Shown: positions 11,189-22,853 of the stretch, piece by piece
Layout of the letters: each line of letters opens with the position of its first letter
How positions within the stretch are numbered: the stretch's first letter is position 1
Assembly: GCA_964016885.1 (NCBI GenBank)
Contig: OZ024757.1
Location: forward strand, 8,928,001-8,992,000
Direction of reading: 5' to 3'
DNA length: 64,000 nt
Origin: Eledone cirrhosa
Lineage: Eukaryota
Program-made: the position numbers and the translations under genes
Notes under the pieces: generated by a model
Databases searched by the model: none
Seen by the model: the letters and a program-made list of their open reading frames with translations, nothing else
What the model was told of the DNA's origin: nothing

Positions 11189-14100
11189 GAAGGTCGAGAA
11201 ATCGCTCCCGTAAGTTTTGATTTTTTAACATATTTAAATCAATTGTGAAATAACAATTCTTAGTACAAATGTTGCATAAAACATCCAGCTTGAGTCCCAA
11301 AAAATTCGGATCCACAATATATTGTTATATCGCTCAAATATTCAATTTTGTATTATACATTTTATATTCAAAAGAGAAAATGGTTACAAATGGAAGAAAA
11401 CCCCCTCTGTCTACACTATATAGAACAGCCAAATACCAGCAATTTCACCAACATCAGAAACTAGATACACCACCTACCCCATTACCCCTCTGTGTACACT
11501 AAACACAATAGCCAGATAACGGCAATTTTACCACCACCACCACTAATCTCAGCATAATAATAATAATTACTATTTCTATTGCCTCAAGTTTTAGTTTTAA
11601 CAAAATGTTTAATTCCAATATTAAGGTATTTATGTCAACACATATACGCAACTAACGATAATTTCACTAAAGATAATTTCACCACCAATACCACCACCAC
11701 TACCACGATGAAAACTCTGGTCAAGTCGACTCAAATTTCTACTCCAACTTCAACACCATCACTACAGTAATATGACCACATCATTACCACCACCACTGCC
11801 TTATTATCGCTACCGCCGCTACTCTCTCCCACTACCTTCTACTAGTTGCTGCTGGCACAGCACCGCCACCACCACCGCCGCCGCTGCCTCAATATCACTA
11901 CCGCCGCTATTCTCTCCCGCTACCCCCTGCTACATTGTAGAATTCTCACTAAAAGGGGAAAACACCAAAATATATAAATAGATTGAATTGATGACCCGGT
12001 CAAAAAAAAACAAAACAATAATCAAAATCAAGTTTTAGTTTTCACAAAATGTTTAATTCCAATATTAAGGTATTTATGTCAACACATATACGCGACTAAT
12101 GATAATTTCACTAAAGATAATTTCCCCACCAGTGCTACCACCACTGCCACGATGAAAACCCTGGTCAAGTCGACTCAAATTTCTACTCCATCTTCAACAC
12201 CATCGCTACAATAATACGACCACATCGCCACCGCCGCTGCCTCATTAGCGCTACCGCCGCTATTCTCTCCCACTACCTCCTGCTGGTTGCTGCTGGCACA
12301 GCACCGCAATCGCCGCTACCGCTGCCTCATTGTCACTACCGCCGCTATTCTCTCCCGATAGCCCCTGCTACATTGTAGAATTCTCACTAAAAGAGGAAGG
12401 CATCAAAATATATAAATAGACTGAATTGATGACCTGGTCAAAATCAAAAAAAAAAAATCAAAATCAAAGCAGCACAGCAACAACGAAAAACGTAAAGGAA
12501 ATAAAAATGAAGAGAAAAACAAACGGACGGACAGAGAAGGGAAGGGAAAAACTAAGTCAGACATTCAAACACTACATTACAATGAAACTTATGCTTATTC
12601 ATTTTTGGGTTTTTTTCTGCCTGTTTCTTTGTTTATTTGGGTTCGTCTACAGCGTGATAATGCCACACAAAAGTCACGTGGAGTGACGAAACCACCGGAG
12701 ACAAGTAATTCACCGGTGGTTATGTAACCATACATTCGCCAATCCTCGATAAGAGTGTTTAAATGTCGAACCTAAACAGTTCGAATAACGGTGAAATGGA
12801 GACTAGAATGTCATGTGACAGACTCTCACCCAACAGGTGCTCCCTGACTCAGCAGCAGGGACCTGGCTGTCAACCAAATACTGCTGGTGTCGGAGGAAGA
12901 AGAAGAAGGAAAGAGACCAGAACCAACTGGACGAAAGAATTGAATAGAACTGTTATGCAATGTTACCTGAAGAGTAACCCCAAGGAGAAAGGCTATAGGA
13001 AAAGGATGCATAACATCTGGAACGAGATTGGTCCATTTAAATTAGATGAACAAAAACTGGCCGGGCAGGCTCGGGTAATAAGAACTAATGGGTGGATAAG
13101 CGAGCTGGAACTGGAAGAACTGAGCAGAGAGATTAGCTTGGAGATGGAGGGTGGAGTATGCCAGGCAAGCGAGCCAGTGGGAAATGAAGGTGGGGAGGTC
13201 GAGAGAACGGAGGAACCATCCGAAACAGACAATGATCTGAATGCTGAGATAAATAATACCTGGAACAGAGATACGGCAACTGAGGAGATGAATGCTGACG
13301 GGCTAGGACAAGATTTGGTAGATATCCTAAACTTAGTGGTAGATGAATTGAACAATGATAGTGGGAGACCTATGAACCTAAGATTTGTAGACAGGAAAAA
13401 GTTAAAAGAAACAACAGCTAAGGTAAACAAAGTCATCCCATACCTTGAGGCGAGGAGCCTTCATCAGTGCAACAATATCCTCAAAGCAACAGCAAATACG
13501 GTGAGGAAACTACTTGGTATAAAAGCGAGAGGAAACAACAGACAAGAAAGAGCAGAGCCTTGGTGGAAGAAACGACTGAGTGGTCAAATCAGGGAAATGA
13601 GAAATGACATTGAAAAGCTTGAGTCCCTACTGAATGGGACACTAAAAAACATAGATACTAAAAATAGACTGGAAATAAAGTAAAAAACTCGGAGGAAAAA
13701 GCTAAATGTTATCATAGAAGAACTGAAGTAACGCATTGTAGCAAAGAGTACAAAAATCAGGCGATAAGAGAAAAGAGTCAGCCAGTATAGAGAGAACCGC
13801 ATGTTCGACAACAACCAGAAGATGCTGTTTGGACAGCTTGAAGGGAAAGAAAGAGGCAACGACTTGATCCCTGAGGCGGAACAAACTAAAACATTCTGGA
13901 GAGGAATATGGGAGCAGGATGTTAAACATAATGACCAGGCAGTGTGGATTGAGACAGTACAGAAGGAGATCAGTGAACAGGCACACCAACAAACTGATTT
14001 GAGTATCACAGTTGAAACTCTTAAGGGGCAGGCCAAAAAACTAACCAACTGGACATCACCTGGCCCAGAAGGTGTGCAGGGGTATTGGATTAAAAACATA

Positions 14101-16260
14101 ACATCCCTCCACCCGAAACTGATAACCATGTTCAATGACTGCTTGATGTCAGGTGAGATACCAGAGTGGTTGACAAAAGGTACCACAGTTCTGATAATGA
14201 AAGACCGAATCAAGGGTAATGATGTTACCAACTATAGATCTATCACATGTCTGTCCGTAATGTGGAAACTGTTGACAAGCATTATGTCTGAGGAAATCTA
14301 CCATCACCTCCACACAAACAACTTGTTACCGGACGAACAGAAAGGATGCCGAAAGAAGTCACGTGGTACAAAGGACCAGTTACTTATTGATAAGATGGTA
14401 ATGAGGAATTGCAAGAGAAGACACACTGGTCTTGCCATGGGATGGATAGACTACAAAAAGGCATTTGACATGGTGCCTCATTCTTGGATCACCAAAAGCC
14501 TGGAGATCTTCAAGGTGGCAGATAACATCAGACAGTTGTTGGGCAAAAGTATGAAGTCCTGGGAAACAGAGTTAACATCAACTGGAGAATCCTTGGGAAG
14601 CGTGAAGATCAAGAGAGGTATCTTCCATGGAGATAGTCTCTCCCCTCTGTTGTTTGTCCTTGCCCTGATGCCCCTGACCAGTGTACTGCGAAAAGTGTGA
14701 GCAGGATACAGGTTGGAAAAGGGAGGGCTTACCATCAATCACCTCCTCTTCATGGACGATCGTAAGCTCTTCGGGAAGAGTGAGAAGGAGTTGGATGTGC
14801 TTGTTGACACTGTCCGTATTTTCAGCAATGACATATGTATGCAATTTGGTATTAGTAAGTGTGGAGTCATTGTGATGAGGAGGAGTAAGTTGAGCAGAAG
14901 TAACGGAATCCAGATACCAACAGGTGAGTTGATAAAGGAAATTGACTCTGAGGAAGGATACAAGTATTTGGGCGTTCTGGAGGCTGATGACATCAAGAAC
15001 AAAAAAAATGAAGGAATTGATAAGAAGTGAATACCTTCGGAGAGTAAGGAGCGTATTAAAGTCACATCTGAACAGTAGGAATGCCATAAGTGCAGTAAAT
15101 ACCCGAGCTGTGTCTATTATTAGGTACAGTGCGGGAATTCTGAGATGGAATGTTGCTGAACAAAAAGAAATGGATAGGAAGACTAGGAAGCTATTGACTA
15201 TCTACAACATGTTCCACAAGAGGAGTGATGTCGATAGACTCTACTTAAGGAGATCTGAGGGTGGAAGAGGTCTTGTCAGCACAGGGGACTGTGTTCAGAT
15301 GGAGAAAAACAACCTACACAAATACGTGACTGATAGTAAGGAGCCAATGCTCAGAACTGTTCTGAAGGAGAGGACAATAGGCCAGGGGATGTCCAAGGAG
15401 GAAATAACATCAAGGAGAAAGAGAAGTCTTCAGGAAAAATCCCTTCATAGTACCTTCTTTGAGAAAACTGAATTTAGAGATCCACAGACATGGAACTGGT
15501 TGAAAAGAGAAGACCTTAAAAAGGCTAAAGAAGGAATGTTAATGGCTGCGCAGGAGCAGGCCCTCAAAACGAAGTGGTTGAAACACCACATTTACAAGGA
15601 GGAGGCTAGCCCACTGTGCAGGATCTGTGGAGAGAGAGAGGAGACTGTGGCTCACATTGTATCCGAATGTAAACACCTAGCCCAGACTCACTATAAGGGC
15701 TGGAGACATGATGTGATGGGCAGGGTGATCCACTGGCACCTGTGCAAAGTAAACAACTTACCACATTCTGGGAAGTGGTATGAGCATAAGCCAGAGTCGG
15801 TGATAGAAAACGATCAGGTGAAGGTGCTGTGGGATTTTAGGATACAGACGGACAAGAAACTGGAACACAATAGACCTGACCTGGTGGTTGTGGACAAAGA
15901 AAAAAGATCGTGTCTGATTGTGGATGTGGCCTGCCCATTCGACACGAGAGTGCAAGAGAAGGAGAGGGAGAAAATTAACCGATACCAGGACTTAAAGTGG
16001 GAGGTAAAAAGGATTTGGAACTGCCATGAAGTCAAAGTGATCCCGATTGTCATAGGCGCACTAGGGACTATCTCAAAAAGTTTCCAGGGATGGTTAAAGA
16101 AAATTGGCCCCTTCACGCTTTTTGGAACGCTTCAAAAGGCATGCTTGCTGGGAACAGCAAGAACCCTCCGATACGTCCTGAATATCTGAGGCTGCAGGTA
16201 GTGGCTTGATATTCATTTCAACAAACTTTCCAGTTAACTAACATCAATGACTGAGACTCA
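11189..16260 (+). mobile_element. Apparently full-length but decayed R4/Dong family A copy A4
   Basis: ~1.57-kb 5' UTR. ORF from ATG 12763 to stop 16189 is broken by stops (e.g. 13681, 14698) and a frameshift near 15001-15008. Same 3' UTR as A1. Confidence 0.9.
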
Positions 16261-16291
16261 AAAAAAAAAAAAATAATAATAATAATAATAA

Positions 16292-16342
16292 TTGTGACTT
16301 GGTGATAACTCGTATGAACATAAATCAAGATAAATGCAACTG
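16292..16342 (+). mobile_element. ~50-bp 3'-terminal fragment of R4/Dong family B
   Basis: ttgtgacttggtgataactcgtatgaacataaa..agataaatgcaactg matches the last ~50 bp of B1/B2 and has (AAT)n on both sides. Confidence 0.85.
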
Positions 16343-16364
16343 TAATAATAATAATAATAATAAT

Positions 16365-16465
16365 GATTTCTTTGTTGGCCACAAGGGCTGACATCAAGAA
16401 AAACATTACAGACGACGGCATAGGACGGTACAGGACGGTACGATCTGGGTTTTGTGCGTGTAAAG
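16365..16465 (-). mobile_element. 3' end of a Tx1-like LINE in antisense orientation
   Basis: Its reverse complement (gtcgtctgtaatgtttttcttgatgtcagcccttgtggccaacaaagaaatc+attatt) matches the Tx1-like 3' end at ~26020-26075. Confidence 0.75.
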
Positions 16466-16522
16466 ATTTTTATTATTTATATAAGAAAAGAAGAAAAAAA
16501 GACATAGAAACATATATATACG

Positions 16523-16838
16523 AGACATGAAAAATGCGCAAGCTCAAAAGTGCCACAGAATGTTATAATAAACCTTCAAAAGTGTGGGACTAGAGTTGTT
16601 GCTAAAAAATATTGTAATCATTATATATCGTACATTCTGTGGCATCCTTTATAAAAATAGCTTAAACCAACGAAGCCTTTATTTTTACGCTATTTCACTT
16701 AGTTAATTCTTAGAGTGTAACATATACAAATATCATTTACAACTATAAAATAAATTAATTAATATAATAACAGAGCTGCGGAGCTGAAATTTAGGAAATA
16801 ATGGAGTATCGGATCCTGAGTTGGAGCCAGTCAATTTT
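16523..16838 (+). repeat. Partial duplicate of the left part of the foldback element at 18657-19611
   Basis: Near-identical to 18659-18975. Confidence 0.85.
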
Positions 16839-16842
16839 CAAA

Positions 16843-16985
16843 AATACAGAGAGGACTTGGTTAGGGTGGTATATATATATATAGTAATAATAAATACAAA
16901 GACACCAAAATCCATAGAGGACTTGGTTATGGTGGTATATATATATATATATATATAGTAATAATAAATACAAAGACACCAAAAT

Positions 16986-17029
<44 letters not shown>

Positions 17030-17126
17030 ATAATAAATACAAAGACCCCAAAATCCAGAGAGGACTTGGTTAGGGTGGTATATATATATATATATATAGT
17101 AATAATAAATACAAAGACCCCAAAAT

Positions 17127-17190
<64 letters not shown>

Positions 17191-17237
17191 ATAATAAATA
17201 CAAAGACCCCCAAATCCAGAGAGAACTTGGTTAGGGT

Positions 17238-17274
<37 letters not shown>
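16843..17274. repeat. Compound minisatellite: ~52-bp unit separated by variable (TA)n
   Basis: Unit gtaataataaatacaaagaccccaaaatccagagaggacttggttagggtgg, about six full or partial copies here and two more at ~18482-18634. Confidence 0.85.
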
Positions 17275-17277
<3 letters not shown>

Positions 17278-17723
17278 CAAAGGAGCTCTTAAGAGTCAAT
17301 GGCCATCCAAAATCACCGGGAGAGATGACCCCTTAGCCTTTGTAAAGGCAGAATTCTAGGAGAAGGAAAACTCTGATATAACACCTGCAACCCTGATGGT
17401 ATCCAATGATGTTGACTTGTTCTTCTTTTTGGTAAATATCATCTTGGTTAAGAGAGTGGGACTGGCTTTGTGCAGTGCCTTTGCTCACTATAAAAGCTTC
17501 ACAGCACAGGCATTGCTTTATATCTGGAGATCTCTCTGCACTTGTCATCACATGGTACCATGGGCCCTGCACTGTGTGTCAATAATGGTCACAAGTGTAG
17601 TCTTTGTACCAGAGTTTTCAAGTCGCTGGCTGGACTAAAAAGTCATTCGTTCAGCGCATCGGTAGGAGTTCTCCTACATGGATATAAAGTAGTGGCCGTA
17701 CTCGAAAACGAGTTGGCAGCCAC
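17275..17723 (+). mobile_element. 5'-truncated copy of a short RTE-like non-autonomous element
   Basis: Direct repeat of ~18010-18460. Encodes [19 protein letters not shown], a C2H2 finger like RTE C-termini, and is followed by a (TA)-rich tract. Confidence 0.6.
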
Positions 17724-17793
17724 CATATATATATATGTATGTATGTATGTATATATATGTATATATGTATATATGTATATATATGTATATATG

Positions 17794-17826
<33 letters not shown>

Positions 17827-17852
17827 ATGTGTATGTATGTATGTATATTTAT

Positions 17853-18460
17853 GTCAGGTCACCAGTTGGTGCTACTGGTAACATGTATTCCAGTACAACC
17901 TGTCCCATGGTCGGGTCGTTGGCGACTAAACTGGCAACCCCACCAAGGTTTCTTGGTGAGGAGGGTGACTTTGGACATCCTGCAGGACTAAAAACAAAAC
18001 CTGTCAAAAGGCAAAGGAGCTCTTAAGAGTCAATGGCCATCCAAAATCACCGGGAGAGATGACCCCTTAGCCTTTGTCAAGGCAGAATTCTAGGAGAAGG
18101 AAAACTCTGATATAACACCTGCAACCCTGATGGTATCCAATGATGTTGACTTGTTCTTCTTTTTGGTAAATATCATCTTGGTCAAGAGAGTGGGACTGGC
18201 TTTGTGCAGTGCCTTTGCTCACTATAAAAGCTTCACGGCACAGGCATTGCTTTATATCTGGAGATCCCTCTGCATTTGTCGTCACATGGTACCATGGGCC
18301 CAGCACTATGTGTCAATAATTGTCACAAGTGTAGTGTTTGTACCAGAGCTTTCAAGTCGCTGGCTGGACTAAAAAGTCACACTCGTTCAGCGCATCAGTA
18401 GGGGTTCTCCTACATGGATATAAAGTAGTGGCCGTACTCGAAAACGAGTTGGCAGCCACC
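17853..18460 (+). mobile_element. ~610-bp internally deleted RTE-like element
   Basis: GC-richer structured 5' part joined to a C2H2-finger-coding 3' part, with no RT. Both ends lie in TA-rich tracts. Confidence 0.55.
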
Positions 18461-18530
18461 ATATATATATATATAGAATAGTAATAATAAATACAAAGAC
18501 CCCAAATCCAGAGAGGACTTGGTTAGGGTG

Positions 18531-18584
<54 letters not shown>

Positions 18585-18656
18585 ATAGTAAATACAAAAG
18601 ACCCCAAAATCCAGAGAGGGCTTGGTGAGGGTGGTATATATATATGTATATATATA

Positions 18657-19611
18657 CTAGACATGAAAAATGCGCAAGCTCAAAAGTGCCACAGAATGTT
18701 ATAATAAACCTTCAAAAGTGTGGGACTAGAGTTGTTGCTAAAAAATATTGTAATCATTATATATCGTACATTTTGTGGCATCCTTTATAAAAATAGCTTA
18801 AACCAACGAAGCCTTTATTTTTACGCTATTTCACTTAGTTAATTCTTAGAGTGTAACATATACAAATATCATTTACAACTATAAAATAAATTAATTAATA
18901 TAATAACAGAGCTCCGGAGCTGAAATTTAGGAAATAATGGAGTATCGGATCCTGAGTTGGAGCCAGTCAATTTTTGGCCGACTCCGCAGCCCTGTATAAT
19001 ACATTTCATATTAAAGTTATTAATAAACCTATTTTACACTTCATGCAAATTACCACGAGATATTGATATTAGATATAAGATACAGCGCAATATCTACAGC
19101 TGTAAAAGTACGAAAGCGAAGTAATAATAAGTGGCTTAAGGTAATTCCAATATGAAAGTTTGTAGTGATAAAAATTTGATAATGCAATACGATTGTTAAT
19201 ATTATAGTTCTATGAAAATGTAACAATAGATAACTAAATTATTTTACTATTAGTATATTTAAGAAATTATCATTATAGATTTGATCGTTCATATAAGCAT
19301 CATATTAAGTTTCAACACAATTATTTTGTTACTATGAGTATATGATAATAATATTACGTAATTATTTATAGCTGTTATTACATTAAACATAGATGTATTT
19401 ATTTTTATATGTTACACTCTAAGAATTAACTAAGTGAAATAGCGTAAAAATAAAGGCTTCGTTGGTTTAAGCTATTTTTATAAAGGATGCCACAGAATGT
19501 ACGATATATAATGATTACAATATTTTTTAGCAACAACTCTAGTCCCACACTTTTGAAGGTTTATTATAACATTCTGTGGCACTTTTGAGCTTGCGCATTT
19601 TTCATGTCTAG
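18657..19611. mobile_element. Foldback/MITE-like element with ~205-bp terminal inverted repeats
   Basis: 18657-18862 is the reverse complement of ~19406-19611 (ctagacatgaaaaatgcgcaagctc... / ...gagcttgcgcatttttcatgtctag). The interior is non-coding and AT-rich. Confidence 0.8.
18907..18994. mobile_element. 88-bp hAT-type miniature element nested in the foldback element
   Basis: Ends cagagctccggag / ctccgcagccctg are imperfect TIRs. Flanked by tataataa / tataatac, a 7/8 match to an 8-bp TSD. Confidence 0.7.
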
Positions 19612-20179
19612 TTTAATATTTTTTTAAGGCAACGCTTGTAATAACTCTAGTTAAACAGGATATATATTAATAATAAATTATCGTTGTAATGTAATTAGAT
19701 TATGTAATTGTTATTATAAATTATCTTATAAATATTAGTGTAAGATGTATAAAAATATTTTCAGACTTTTAATATAAACAACTACAAAAAACAATCAATA
19801 TTAAATCAATATATTATACATAATAGAAAACATAAAATATACAATACAAAAACAAAATATTTACATACAATTGCAATTATCAGTGTATATACATTTTCTT
19901 TATATTCCCTGAGCACATTAATAAGATTTGTTTTTATTGTACATAATTTGATGACTTGTTGGAGTGTATTAAAAGATAGCAACAATTTGTGATTAAATTG
20001 TTATCTTAAGCAACTCACTTTTTAATAGTTGTTGGCTGAGCGAAATTGTAAAAGCCTATGAGCAAATATAAAAAAAAATACACAAACAACATTTCCTTGT
20101 GTTATTACAACATTAGATAAAATAATTGAGCAATGTCGTTATATTTTGCTCTTATTGCACATTAATAGTGTTTCTATTT

Positions 20180-20335
20180 TTCGGCACAAATCCATTACGG
20201 CAGTCCATTACTGGTACTTTATTTTATCGAATTAGTAAGTATGAAAGTCGAAGTTAACCTCGGCAGGATTTGAACTTAGAATGCAAAGGACCATAACAAT
20301 ACTGCAAAGCATGGTGTCTGACGCTCTACCAATAC
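20180..20335 (-). mobile_element. tRNA-derived SINE family 1 (decayed)
   Basis: Contains ctggtactttattttatcga and ggatttgaact (antisense B-box) as in the intact copies. Confidence 0.7.
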
Positions 20336-20726
20336 TTGTGTTGAGCTGGTCATTAATTTATGGTGGTCGTGCGTGGAGTAGAGCAATCGCTAGTTGAAAT
20401 ATTATGAACAAAACATTTTTATTTGCCGAAGAACATATTTTCAATACTGTTTGTGAATGTGACGAAGGAAATACATTCTGATATGGAACAGTGTACAAAG
20501 TGTGTCTGTGAATAACATAATGTTACCTCATGTTGTTGTCAAGACATAATGGATTTCGTATATCCAGTTAGAAGATGAAACCTAGCCATCTCGGATTAGT
20601 TATATTTCATGCCATGTGTAAACGTGTTTGAGGATAGCAAAATATGCGCGTTAATTATAATAATTAGTTAATAATATTACAAAATATACCTAATTAAACT
20701 CTTTGCTTGAAATTTTATCATTCTTC

Positions 20727-20796
<70 letters not shown>

Positions 20797-21570
20797 TTAT
20801 CTAGTCCTTCGCTCAAGATTAATCTATAAGTTTAGATGTTTGCCTTCGTTTAAGTAAATATTACAGTAAGATTTTTAATATAAACAACTACAAAAAACGA
20901 TTAATATTAAAACGAAAAAATTATCAATGATAAAAGAAGCGGATGCAACTTTTTTTTTTATAAAGTTATATTCCTGTTTCTTTAAAGAACATTTCATTTT
21001 TGTTCTATTGTAGGCGAAATAATGCAATGGTTTAATAGGGAAGATATAACTTACGAATTATGTCTCTAACCGTGTAACGCTTTTTAAGTAGATAACTACA
21101 ATTGAAAATACTAAAGAAATGGAACCAACAATTCAATTTGAAAGTCGTCTAGTGACAGTGTATTACTGGTACTTTATTTTATCGACCCCGTAACGATGAA
21201 AGGCAAAAATGCAAATGCTTAAAATTTAAATTGCCTTAATTCTATCGTCTGCTGTTTCATTAAAGGGAGATTATCGTCTGTATTTAATTCTATCGTCTAC
21301 TGTTCCACTAAACAGATATACCTCCACTATCGTCTCTATTTATACATTTTAACTTATAACTTATACACATTTGATTTGAAATATTTTATCTAGTCCCCCC
21401 TCTCAATATTATGATGATTTCTTTCGAATGAAACAGTTCTAGTCCTGTAGAAGCCATTTATATATATAATTGAACTGAGTTAAAAATTCACAATATTTAT
21501 AATTAAATAAGCTCATATATATATGTGTGTATTTATCTGTTTATTGTATTATATATAATGTGTGTATATA

Positions 21571-21645
21571 CAGGATGTCCCCCAAAATTATATACACACT
21601 TCAACAGCATTCTAATAACTATTGCCTGTACAGGTAATCAAAGTG
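21571..21645. mobile_element. Partial Tc1/mariner-type MITE
   Basis: ta|caggatgtcccccaaaa end; same family as 32763-32858. Confidence 0.5.
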
Positions 21646-22214
21646 TCAATCGAATGTTAGTTTCGTGTTTTAACAGTACAAATTTACAATACACACATAA
21701 AACCAGTGTATATACATACATGAGTGTGTATACACATACATGAATGTGTATATACAATATATATGTATATATATATATAGACACATATATTCACGGTGCA
21801 ACGGTACATTAAAATATAGATGCGGGAGAGGGGGGTGTATATATAGGGGCGCTGGGGATAAAGGAGTGTAAAGCGTGTGTAATTGATATATTGAAGGAGA
21901 GGAGCGTGCAGCGATAGAGTAACAAATATATAGAGAGGGGGAGAGATGGTATTGAAGGGGAGGAGTGCAAAGCGAAAGAGTAAGAGATATATATAGAGAC
22001 GGAACAGATAGAGAGAAACAGGCGTAAGTAACAGTGGAAGAGATATAGAGAGAGGTACTCTGATTGGTTGAAAATTAGCCAATGACATACGATCACCACC
22101 ACCACGGCTATCCCCGAAAAATTTTTTAAGAAGCTAGGCATATATGTTAAGAACACGAAAAGTGAACATTCTGTTGTATCACACTTTTCGTGTTCTAACA
22201 GATATATATATATA

Positions 22215-22690
22215 AACATATGTAAACAATAAAAATCAAATTGAAACAATGAAAAATTCCCCAATAGGGGGGAAACCTCCGAGGGTTACACGTGGCGAAA
22301 ACCACACAAAAGACCACGGCCACCTTGACCACCAGGGCCAGCGCCCTCTCTCAAGTTTTTCCATTTCTCAAACTACAGGCGTATATTGAGAGCGTTCGCT
22401 CGGACCATTCTCAATACATTCACCCACCACTGCTAGGCCAGGGATTTTTGGAAGTTATCCATAGGCCCTGGGCTGAAAGTTCTCCGGAAGAGAGCAAACA
22501 GCTGATCTTTTTCGACGCCCAGGATCTCTCCGAGAACGTCGTCGCTCTTCCCCTCCACTAGTCCTCTATAGAACGCCGAGGTGGATGTTCCACTGATACT
22601 GGTGCCTAGCTGGCAGAGGGCAGTGAGGGCCTGGAGACATACTTATTTCTTGATGTCAGCCCTTGTGGCCAATAAAGAAATCAATAATAA
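22215..22690. mobile_element. Rearranged Tx1-like fragment: inverted segment ~22215-22640 plus sense 3' tip 22645-22690
   Basis: 22255-22360 is antisense to 25830-25940, 22430-22510 is antisense to 25265-25345, and 22645-22682 matches the 3' terminus in sense. Confidence 0.7.
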
Positions 22691-22852
22691 TTGTTTCTAC
22701 TTTGGCACAAGGCCAGCAATTACCCAGTGTATTGCTGGTACTTTATTTTATCGACCCCGTAAGGATGAAAGGCAAAGTTAACCTCGGAGAGATTTGAACT
22801 CAGACCATAAAGGGCCGTAACTCTTTGCTGCAAAGCATGGCGTCCGACCCTC
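22690..22852 (-). mobile_element. tRNA-derived SINE family 1, head missing at the CRE-like tail
   Basis: Close match to 34018-34203. Confidence 0.8.
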
Positions 22853-22853
22853 G

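Noticed and set aside
16843-17274. Repeat-spacer pattern resembling CRISPR; also contains TTAGGG
   Set aside because: The spacers are just (TA)n, there are no cas genes, the context is eukaryotic, and TTAGGG occurs once per unit rather than as a telomeric array.
19398-19455. Hammerhead-like geometry in the foldback right arm
   Set aside because: GAAA and a possible stem I are present but there is no CTGANGA box.
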